Source: Malacoraja senta (taxonomy: Eukaryota). Taken from it: 64,000 nucleotides of DNA. The notes below the pieces were generated by a model, which worked only from the letters and a program-made list of their open reading frames with translations, had not been told where the DNA came from and searched no databases. The position numbers and the translations under genes were made by a program. Below are positions 49,405 through 59,369 of this stretch, one piece after another. Location: positions 1,736,001-1,800,000 of the forward strand of contig CM075991.1 in assembly GCA_038087875.1 (NCBI GenBank). The letters run 5' to 3'. Position 1 is the first letter of the stretch, and each line of letters starts with the position of its first letter.

Positions 49405-49521
49405 TGTTGGGGAATAAGATGCCCTCTATGATTGTTGTCGCCTGTATAATCCTTGGAATCGTCCTCATCGGTGAATTACTCGCACTGATGATGATATCAC
49501 GAAGACGGGCAGCAAAAAGAG
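49405..49521 (+). CDS. Transmembrane exon
   Basis: 117 nt, tttcag|...|gtgagg. Hydrophobic IVVACIILGIVLIGELLALMMI followed by the basic stop-transfer SRRRAAKR. Confidence 0.85.
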
Positions 49522-50276
49522 GTGAGGTTCAACTTTACACAATTATTGTTCCTCATTGTATTTCACAACTCAGTGAGACTCCGGTTCCAACCACTTTTCC
49601 TAATGTTCTTGCATTATGAAATAAGTATATTTTGTAACTCTTTAAGCGGTGCTAATCGAATTCTCCATTTGTAATAACAGAACGGAAAGGTTGATGGTTT
49701 CTTGCTGGATGCCTGCTCGATTAGTCACGTGACCCTCGTTCGAATATCTGTTCAACATTTGGCTCATTTCACTAATGCAAACCCGCAGCAGAACCTCGAA
49801 CATTTTGATTAGATTCTATTCATCACATCGAGATGTTGCACATTCCTCGCGTTTAATGAACTAGGACTTCCTTATTCCCCATCTCTTAAAACTCATTTGA
49901 TGCAACGCAATCCTTCTCTGTCACTTATCTGTCACTTCCTAAATTGACAAACCTGCGAAAAGTTCATTTTCTCGTCACCGTCCGCCACACTGCTGCTATC
50001 TGCAAATACCTTGCAACGCCACCCAGAATGTAATCATTGTCAACGCGAGGAAGTCCTACTGACGCAGCATGCTTTAGATCTTCCTGATATTAATATCATT
50101 AGCTCGTTTTTGCAATTAAACAGTATCCGTGCAGCGGGATTCATCGATGTTTCTGCTCACCAACACTTTACCTTGATTATCAACGCGTTACCATTTTGCA
50201 TCTTGTTCACAAATGTTGAACTGTTAAATTCAAGTCTTGCTTGTCAGTAAGTTAAACCCAACCGTGTCTCCGGCAG

Positions 50277-50383
50277 CTGCAGATATTAGTGGCAGGGGAT
50301 CACCGATCGGCTTTTACCAGGCAATTTATGAAGAGTTGAGGATATTCCTGCTGCCACGAATTTCAGTCTGACACATGATTCAG
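50277..50383 (+). pseudogene. Cytoplasmic exon 1 with an IYEE motif and a 1-nt deletion
   Basis: ggcag|...|gtaagt, 107 nt. FYQAIYEE continues as (I)EDIPAATNFSLTHDS only after a frame shift. Confidence 0.7.
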
Positions 50384-50880
50384 GTAAGTATTTGCACCTG
50401 TCATCCACTTTTGAAATGATAAATGTGGCCTTATTTCCAACAATCGCATTAATGATCACTTAATAAAAAGAAAAAAAAAACAACAGATACGTCAGGCAAT
50501 AAAAACAATCTGCTGGAGGATCTCAGCAGTCAGGCAGAATCTATGACGGGAAATGGGCAGAGGGGCTTTGGTGTCGGGACTCTTATTCAAGGGGACCATA
50601 GGGAGGTAGATAATAGAAAGAATCGAGGGGAAGAGGTGGGGCAAGATCTGAAAAAATGAGAGGTATATCCATACGGGGGTTGGGGGGGGGGGGGTTCAGA
50701 TGAGTGAATTTGGGGGAGAAGAGTGGGGGTCGTCACGAAAGCTGGAGGTGATAAGCGGAGACATGGAGAAGTCAAAGGGCGGCAGAAGTTGGAATCAGAA
50801 AAGAAAGAAAAGTGCAAGTAAAGTATGGAACCTGAAATTGGAAGTTTAATAACTGTCGCTTGTGCTGTGTTGTCTTTTAG

Positions 50881-50991
50881 TCTCTGGTTCCATTGATTCC
50901 ATCAATCAACTCGAATATTACACCAGCGACCCTCTGGATGGTTCTCTTCTTGCACAAGAATATCCCGAAGGAAACTCCTCCAGTGTTCACG
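50881..50991 (+). CDS. Cytoplasmic exon 2
   Basis: 111 nt, ttttag|...|gttggt. SGSIDSINQLEYYTSDPL... Confidence 0.75.
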
Positions 50992-51431
50992 GTTGGTACA
51001 CATTTTTATTTTTATTTTTTTCTTATTTAATTTCATTCTGCCTGTGATCAGAAACGAACATAGAAATGTGCGCGAAAACGTCCGCCGATAAATGAGTGGG
51101 AAAAGATCTCAAGGTGTTGGAAGAGATTTGCTTTCCGAGGAAACAGTGATCGAGTTTGAATTTGAAGAACAATCTCCCCTCTATAGCCAGCTGCGTGATT
51201 GAACGAAACATTCAATGTTTCTCCTTTGACACACAATGCGTTGTAGGCCTTGCTGTGTGAAATGAAAGCGCAGGCTTGATGCGCGATCAATTAGTTCATC
51301 GCCACAAGACGACTCAAGATCCTCTCGTTCCAAATCCCCATTCACACCATCAACAGACTCTCTCATCAGGCGGAGCTTGCTGTACAATATTGACTTTCAG
51401 GACCATAATTCTGGCTTATGCTTCCTCATAG

Positions 51432-51563
51432 ACCTTGTTCCTGACGACCATGACGATGCCGAGAGTAAAACCATTGCTTCTCGGGGTTGTCAGTTCCCGA
51501 TGGGCGCTGGCGACGATGACCTACTGAAGATCACAGTTGCCGGCGATGATGTCAACAATGACG
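51432..51563 (+). CDS. Cytoplasmic exon 3
   Basis: 132 nt, tcatag|...|gtgagt. Acidic DLVPDDHDDAE... Confidence 0.75.
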
Positions 51564-52024
51564 GTGAGTTCAGTCTCTTCAATCCCACAGTAACCGGGCA
51601 TCTGTGTGGAAAATCGTTCCACGGATTGACTTTTTACTGTATTCACTTTCGTGCTTCAAAGTTTTCATGAAATAAAAAACAATGTTCGGAGAAGGAAACC
51701 CACGAGCAGTTCTGTTCTCACTCCAACAAGGTGCCACTCCCGTCTGTAATGTCGACCTCATGACTATCAGATATTGCACGTTCATGTCGGCTTTTGTTTT
51801 CCATATACTGTGTTGCCGACCTGCACTTGAATGGCGGTAGAAAACAGAAACCATTCCCAGTCACCGTGCACCAACAACGGGTCATTTCACGAAACAGAAT
51901 TATGTACAATCCGCATTGATGATTATTCCAATATCGCCGTTCTTCCATAATTGGACACAAACCTCGCCGTGCGATGCCGTCTCTCACGCACTGAGATTCC
52001 TGTCATTCTTTATCACTCCCGCAG

Positions 52025-52179
52025 AGCGGACTTCGCAGATTCTCCCCGATCCTGCTTTCCCGGCTGCCTGCTCTACAAACAGCAATGACCAACTTCACTG
52101 CGGCACATTCACTGTTCCTGCCCTTGCAGCACCCATTGGGGTCGACGACTCGTTTCCATGTTTTACATCAGAGCCATGA
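52025..52179 (+). CDS. Last coding exon (stop TGA at 52177-79)
   Basis: Acceptor ccgcag|, open phase-1 frame; a donor gtaaag follows shortly after the stop. Confidence 0.55.
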
Positions 52180-53006
52180 AGGCGGTAAAGAAAACATTTC
52201 ATTGTTTCCTTCCTCTGTCTGTATCCCGACACCAGTGATGTGTGGGTTGGGAGTTGTGCAATTCAGGATGCATTTCCCACCGAACAATGAGGACTATGGT
52301 GGAATATCAGTGACACTATACGAATTAAATTTATCAATGAGAACATTCCTTAGAAATTATTTAAAAAATTACTTTTACATTCCCTCCACATGATATCATG
52401 ACGCCGGTTTCTATTAATTTTCAGGAAATACTTTCCGTATCCTTAGACCATGCATTGGTATTTAAGAGGCTAAACCGAATTAATGGAGACAATATTATCA
52501 CGACTATTTCTATTTAACTCCATTGTACATTTTAGCTTAAGCAATGTTTTTATTCCTCAGGTACTTTCTTCCAACGCGAGACCTGAAGTGATGAACAAGG
52601 TTCTGCGTTACATTGGACAGCACATACCTCTCACCTTTCCAGCAACATGAACAAGCAGATCTCCACTGCATTGTCTTCACTCGCTGTATAATCACACACA
52701 CCACACATATTGATTTGCTTTGAGATCACTGCATTTGATGTTTGTCCGAGAGCTTGCACGAAAACATCTTTATTCTGCTAATGCGCTAGTGTAGGAAAAT
52801 GACTGGATAGATATTCCCATGGAAGAGAGATCAGTGACATTCCTTGAATGATAAACAATTTATCGGAATTTGTGTTTTTTAGCCTTTTCCAATAATCTGC
52901 ATAAATGCTTAAGAGAGCGCGGTTTTACCACACCTTACATTGTTCTGGTTATGGTCAATAATATTTTTTCACTCTCACCGTGTTTAATGGAAAGATCGAA
53001 AAACTT

Positions 53007-53012
53007 AATAAA
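53007..53012 (+). terminator. Candidate polyadenylation signal
   Basis: AATAAA followed by GT-rich sequence, at the end of a putative 3' UTR exon starting at 52561 (cctcag|). Confidence 0.45.
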
Positions 53013-53119
53013 TACTTTGAATGATGTTTGATATTAATGTGTTCTTATTTTGTCAAGAAACAAGTGTTTCTGAGACACTGAAACAACAGCCATTAGTTTT
53101 GTTGTAATCTTAAAACAAG

Positions 53120-54880
53120 GACACCTCAGATATCCTGGAGTGGAAGCATTATCTTGGGAGCAATTGGAGAAGAGGCGGAGAGACTCAGAGTAAGAGATGG
53201 AGACCTTGCAAGAGGCGTGGGTGTAGGTGTAGTAAAGGTAGCTGTGAGAATCAATGGGTTTCTACTACGTGTCGGTGGATATTCTATTCTATCCCCTGTG
53301 ATCGATCCAGAGATCTCAAGAGACTGGAGAGAGTTATCACAGATAGACCAAATGAAGTTTAGGGCTGGGTCGAAATTATTAGTAAAATTGACGCAATCAA
53401 TCAGTCCCTGTGTGCAGGAGGCAGCCCAGACACAGCCATCGATGTAGCAGACACATGCTTGGGGATTCTGCGGGTTATGTGTAGAGCAAAGAGCATTCGA
53501 TGTAATCAACGAAAAGACAGGCATAAATGGGCCGATGCGACTATCCACTGCTACACTTTTGACACGGGGAAAATAAGAGAAACCAAAATAAAGCTTGTTG
53601 GGTGAGACATATCCATCAGGTGGAGTAGAGGAAAAAGGCAAAAACTCTGCGGATCAGGCAGAATCCCCATAGAACATAGATAGGCGAGGTTTCAGATCGG
53701 AATCCTTCTTCAGACTGATTGCGGTGGTAGTGGTGGGTTGGGGAGCTATAGGGAGGAGAGACAGGGCAAAGTCTGGCAAGTAATAGGTGGATGCAGGTGA
53801 TGGTGGAGGGTGGTGGTATTTTGCAGGCAGATATATTAAGTAAATGCCAGAGATGAAAAGACTGATGCGAGACACAAGGATTGAAGAGTTATGAATTTAG
53901 AAGCTTGAGAAGGAATGTACATGAAAGTGGAGAGAAATGCATGCGAGTCCACCGTCGGGTACGGGGGTGGGGGGAGGGGGGGGGGGTTGGGGGGAATTGA
54001 CGTTACCTAAATTTGGAGAATTCAATATTTATACTGTTGGGATTCAAGCTACACAAGTGTATTATGAAGTTCTGTTCCTCCAATTTGAGCGTGGCCGCTC
54101 TCTATCAATGGAGAAGGGCCAGGACAGAAAGGGCAGTATGGGGATTGGAAGGGGAAGTAAAACGGTTAGTAACCGGGAGATCCACTAGGCCTTGGCGGAC
54201 CGAGCGCTTGTTTGGCAAAACGGTCGCCGAGTCCACCCTTGGTCTCGACCCTCGAGCAGAATGTTAACTGAGGGGATCTGATTGATTATATCTTCAAGGA
54301 AGAAACGGAGGCCCCGAGGCCTTCCTGATGGGGAATGTATCTGTAAAGGGACTGGACGATAACGACTGGGCAACGGGGAAACGGGTTGGAGGCTGTGGAG
54401 GCGTCACTGGTTCAGTGTCAATGGTAGGTGTCTGAGATCTGATGCCTGGCCTCAGCACGCTAGAGGTCAGTCTACCAGACTACGACGGCACTTCCCTTGT
54501 CAGTGGATTTGATGCTAATATTGGGAGTCGTATTGAGTGAGTCGAGAGCTGTGTAGGGTAGTGGAGAAATAGCGATGGTCGATGTTGTGGTGGCAGTAGG
54601 AGATCAAAAGATCGAGAGAGGTTAGACGTCTGGCAGGGGTTGTCCGGGGGAGGGGTATTTGAGTCGGGAGAAGGGTGTCATCAGTAGGGACGAAATAAAG
54701 AGGCACGCCGGGGTAGACGATGCACGAAAAGCTCGACATCATGGCGCCTCGGGACTGATCGAGTAGTCGGCGCATGGGATGCAAATATATCGCCTCCACT
54801 GAGGACTGCTATGTCAGTGGGTCGTGAAGAATTAATGTAGTCAGCTCTATTGCAGATATCGTGCTCGTGGAAGTTCACAC
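53120..54880 (-). mobile_element. Old, rearranged Penelope fragments (RT, pLTR, GIY-YIG, upstream region)
   Basis: YIDG (decayed YIDD)...NFTNNFDPALNFIW; degenerate ribozyme at ~53685-53715. Confidence 0.65.
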
Positions 54881-54898
54881 GAGCCATTAAAACTGATT

Positions 54899-55046
54899 GT
54901 TTAAGAAGGAACTGCAGATGCTGGAAAATCGAAGGTACACAAAAATGCTCGAGAAACTCAGCGGGTGCAGCAGCATTTATGGAGCGAAGGACATTCGCTC
55001 CATAGATGCTGCTACACCCGCTGAGTTTCTCCAGCATTTTTGTGCA
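54899..55046. mobile_element. Miniature Penelope-end fold-back insertion
   Basis: Flanked by the 15-bp repeat ccatt(a/t)aaactgatt (54884-98, 55047-61). Confidence 0.8.
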
Positions 55047-55570
55047 CCATTTAAACTGATTAGATGATTGGTGCTTGTCATTACAGCTGGGTCATTTTTT
55101 CAAATAATAACTTATCGCGATTCTGGCAATTTGTTCTATCGCGATCTGCCCTCAGAATATAAGACCTTAATATTGAGGTGTCGCCATTGTTAATAGGTGA
55201 GCCTTGAGGAGGCAAAGCAACAAAACTCTGAGATAGGCACAAAATGTAGGTATGTTACAAAACTTACCTTCAGTCGCGCTGTAATTCTGCCACTGGCCGT
55301 GTGTGCGATCTTGGCGCCTTTAAGGGGGGGCGGGGTTAAAACGCGGGTTTCTCCTCCCTTGGTACACAAAAATGCTGGAGAAACTCAGCGGGTGCAGCAG
55401 CATCTATGGAGTGAAGGAAATAGGTAACGTTTCGGGCCGAAACCCTTCCTCAGACTGATAGGGGGTGGGGAGAAGAAAGGAAAAAAGGAAAAAGGCGGAG
55501 GAGGAGCCAGAGCGCTGGGGGAGGGGAGGAGACAACCAGATGGCTGATGAAGGGGAGGGGACAGCAAGGG

Positions 55571-56137
55571 CTAGCAGAATTGGGAGAATTCAATGTTCAA
55601 GCCCGCAGGATGTAGACTGCCCAAGCGGAATATGAGGTGCATTTCCTCCAATTTACGTTGTTGCTCGCTGTGGCCATGGAGGAGACCCAGGACAGAGAGG
55701 TCAGATACGGAATGGGAGGGGGAGTTGAAGTGCTGAGCCACCGGGAGGTCAGGTTGGTTATTGCGGACCAACCGGAGGTGTTCGGCGAAACGATCGCCAA
55801 GCCTCCGCTTGGTCTCACCGATGTAGATCAGCTGGCATCTAGAGCAGCGGATGCAATAGATGAGGTTGGAGGAGATGCAGGTGAACCTCTGTCGCACCTG
55901 GAACGACTGCTTGGGTCCTTGAATGGAGTAGAGGGGGGAGGTGAAGGGACAAGTGTTGCATCTCTTGCGGTTGCAAGGGAAAGTACCAGGGGAGGGGGTG
56001 GTATGGGAGGGAAGGGAAGAATTGACAAGGGAGTTACGGAGGGAGCGGTCTTTGCGGAAGGCAGACATAGGGGGAGATGGGAAGATGTGGCGAGTGGTGG
56101 GGTCACGTTGGAGGTGGCGAAACTGACGGAGGATCAC
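55571..56137 (-). CDS. Penelope ORF C-terminus: Cys-rich linker + GIY-YIG endonuclease (5'-truncated)
   Basis: CNRKRCNTC, NLIYCIRCSRCQLIYIGETKRRLGDRFAEH, GLNIEF. Confidence 0.9.
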   Translation of the reverse strand: MILRQFRHLQRDPTTRHIFPSPPMSAFRKDRSLRNSLVNSSLPSHTTPSPGTFPCNRKRCNTCPFTSPLYSIQGPKQSFQVRQRFTCISSNLIYCIRCSRCQLIYIGETKRRLGDRFAEHLRLVRNNQPDLPVAQHFNSPSHSVSDLSVLGLLHGHSEQQRKLEEMHLIFRLGSLHPAGLNIEFSQFC

Positions 56138-56743
56138 TTGTTGTATGTGACGGCTGGTGGGGTGAAAGGTGAGGACTAGGGGGACTCTGCCCTTGTTGTG
56201 AGTGGGGGGATGGGGAGAGAGAGCAGTGTTGCGGGGTATGGCAGAGACCCTGGTGCGAGCCTCATCTATGGTGGAGGAGGGGAACTCCCGTTCCCTGAAG
56301 AATGCAGTCGTTCCAGGTGCGACAGAGGTTCACCTGCATCTCCTCCAACCTCATCTATTGCATCCGCTGCTCTAGATGCCAGCTGATCTACATCGGTGAG
56401 ACCAAGCGGAGACTTGGCGATCGTTTCGTCGAACACCTCCGGTCGGTCCGCAATAACCAACCTGACCTCCCGGTGGCTCAGCACTTCAACTCCCCCTCCC
56501 ATTCCGTATCTGACCTCTCTATCCTGGGTCTCCTCCATGGCCACAGCGAGCAACACCGTAAATTGGAGGAAATGCACCTCATATTCCGCTTGGGCAATCT
56601 ACATCCTGGGGGCTTGAACATTGAATTCTCCCAATTCTCCTCCCCTTCATGAGCCATCTGGTTGTCTCCTCCCCTCCCCCAGCCCTCGGGGTCCTCCTCC
56701 GCCTTTTCCCTTTTTTCCTTTCTTCTCCCCACGCCCTATCAGT

Positions 56744-56771
56744 CTGAGGAAGGGTTTCGGCCCGAAACGTT
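56744..56771 (+). ncRNA. Minimal type-I hammerhead ribozyme core
   Basis: CTGAGGA-A-GGGT-TTCG-GCCC-GAAA-CG-TT. Mirror copy at 55426-55453 (-). Confidence 0.6.
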
Positions 56772-58759
56772 ACCTATTTCCTTCGCTCCATAGATGCTGC
56801 TGCACCCGCTGAGTTTCTCCAGTATTTTTGTGTACCTTCGATTTTCCAGCATCTGCAGTTCCTTCTTTAACAATTTCTCCTCCCTTGTCCTGGTTAATAT
56901 TTTGTTGGAGTACAAGCGTTGGCTGAAGAATCGTTCCTAGTGGCCTTTTGTGTATTTTTTATTTTTATTAAATCGTTAATGTCAGCGCTGGAGTAATTTT
57001 AAAATCAGCTCCTGAAGCGTCAACGCCGATAACGGGGACGGATTTCACACACGGGACAGGTAAACGAAAGTGGTTTCTTTTAATGTATAAAAGTGCTTCT
57101 TAAGAAGCCTTTAATTCACATTTTTTCATGCGACACGGTGATTTTATTCCCCGAATTAACGGCAGTATTTTTCATGCCAATACGGGGTTAAATTCACCGC
57201 AAATGAACGTTCCAAAACATCGCGTTCCAGAAAACCTCACTCGCAAGATGATTTAAATCCCCATTAATTTACAGGTATTAAACATTCAATTCCTTCCATT
57301 TGGCCTGTAAATTCATGAAAATGAGATTTAAAAATTATGTTATATTGTGAATTATTGTGTGAATGTTATTTGGACACTTAGGCTATTTAAAAATGTTAAT
57401 CTATTCTTAAGAAATTGATAGATGTTTAGATCTAGTAATTGAATTTTGTAATTAGCTACAATTAGGTAACTAACTAATTATATGCTTTGCTTTCATGTCT
57501 TCTGAGTAAGATTGTTTCATATTTGTTTCAGAATGCTTCAATCTATAATAACTGAAAATTTGTTTCAGTTATCTTAATTTTTAAGAAAGTTATGGGCTTT
57601 TAACTGTCCTCGATCACAGCTTTTGTGTTAAGTCAATGGAAAAGCAATAGGGAACAAGATGCTAATTTCCGACTATGAAAATGGCCATAACCTCTTTAAT
57701 ACTGAAGATATGAAAGTGAATTAGGTGTCAAATTAAACTTCTTTTTATGCTTTATCTGATGGGATAAATTGCAGACTTTATTTTTAAAATCTCAAAATTT
57801 TGTAACATTTCTACAAAATGCTGGAGTAACTCAGTGGGACAGGCAGCATCTCTGGGTAGAAGGAATGGGTGACGTTTCGGGTCGAGACTCTTCTTTAGAC
57901 TTGTGTCAGTCTAAACACATAACAATATCTCTTTCGCAGTCTGTCAGTTACTTCTCTTCTGATTGTTCGCACTTCGGTGTCCACAAGGACCAGTAAATCG
58001 CCGTTGTTGCTTCCTCTTTTGCAAACAGTCACCGCCACTCGTGTTTCCACGTCTGAAACAGAAAGCACCCATCGCCATACATCCGCAACACCAACATAAC
58101 CCCTGGCAATTCCGCTTTAATTTTATATTCCATTATCCTGTGCAGATAACTCTCATCTCTCTCTAGATTCCCACTTCGAAGATAACATTGACAAACCTTT
58201 GATCTTCCTCGTATTACGGGCCAACATTCTGGTCGTGCGGGGATACAAACAATATTGGTTTTTGCGGCACTCCCATGGCGTTCGTAACGATATCCCGGTA
58301 AAAGTATAAAGGTTTCAAAGGTTTCAAAGGTCTTTTTATTGTCACGTGTACCAATTAAAGTACAGTGATGTGTGAATTACCATACAGCCATACGAAAAAA
58401 AAGAGCGAAAAGACGCAAAACTACATAAAAGTTAACATAAACATCCACTACAGCGGATTCCCCACATTTCTCACTGTGACGGAAGGCAAACAAGTCCAAT
58501 CTACTTCCTCTTTAATGATGGATGTCATTGTATTCACAACCATTTGATATTTTGCCGCGTAAACCCGCTTCTCACATGCCCGAAGCTGCTTTTCCCCCTC
58601 TCAGTCCCCGAATCAGCTGAATTTTAAATCGCAACCCCCCCCCCCCCACCTCAAATGGCAGAGCCTTCCAGATCCTCCAGGTGCAGAAAAACACTGACAG
58701 AAAGCTTCAGATGCTGGGAATGTAAAAACGTACAGTGCTTCTATAGTATTCACTTTCGC

Positions 58760-58930
58760 ATCATACATTTAAACCCACAAATGTAAAAGTCTTTGGAGTG
58801 TGAACGGAAATGCCGCGCACCGGGAGAAATCCCACGCGGCCATCGGGAGAACGTACAAACTCCGGATAGACAGCACCCGGAGACAAGATCCAACCCGACG
58901 TTGTGAGGCAGCAGCTCAACCGCTGCGCCT
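58760..58930 (-). mobile_element. HE1-type SINE fragment
   Basis: Reverse complement of the SINE body (gggagaacgtacaaactcc...gacagcaccc). Confidence 0.7.
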
Positions 58931-59369
58931 CTGGACAGCCCCGTGGCAGGAGTAAGAGAGTTGATTTTTGAGGTGGAAGACCATTGTCAGAAGTTGAAAG
59001 GAGTGAAAGGATTCTCGTTAGGCTGCAGTGTGGACAGGAAGTAAAGGTTTCCTCGTTTCATTTCAGTTTCCTTTGCCATTCGTTTCATTTCATGTCCTTC
59101 CGGATTGTTTTTTATCTTTTCTCCGAAGGCTTGATGATTTTGTTTTATCCACATGCCATTGAGGTTTCCTGATTGTTATGATGGATTTTCAGACCCTGAC
59201 ATCCCGTTCACACTCGAACAGCTTCCTCTTTAACGATTCTATGTGAATATAATGTTGTGCTTGGACTCACTTTAGTAAATCTACTTTGAAACTTATCTCA
59301 GCCATTCACACCTCTCCTGGACTCCTGCGTGCGGGACAGAGCCAAACTGTAGTTGTGGCCGAACAAGAA

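Larger units (their letters stand above)
14310..53012 (+). pseudogene. Group-B SRCR type-I membrane receptor gene (CD163/CD163L1/WC1/SCART-like), probably pseudogenised
   Basis: Collinear phase-1 exons: 7 SRCR exons, short linker exons, a TM exon, 4 cytoplasmic exons and AATAAA at 53007. Lesions: truncated exon at 42818, TGA at 43078-43080, 107-nt frameshifted exon at 50277-50383, damaged splice sites. Confidence 0.8.
55362..56873. mobile_element. Young Neptune-type Penelope element, 5'-truncated, with ~550-bp inverted ends
   Basis: 14-bp TSD tttctcctcccttg (55348-61, 56874-87). Inverted arms ~55362-55910 and ~56305-56835. Confidence 0.92.
55247..57813. mobile_element. Non-autonomous TIR DNA transposon (TAG...CTA ends, 7-8-bp TSD) hosting a Penelope insertion
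   Basis: Ends TAGGTATGTTACAAAA and TTTTGTAACATTTCTA. (a)caaaatg is duplicated at 55239-46 and 57813-20. Confidence 0.65.

Noticed and set aside
55637..56577. ORFs beginning MHFLQFT... resembling secreted proteins
   Set aside because: They are antisense frames of the Penelope GIY-YIG region, duplicated by the inverted repeat.
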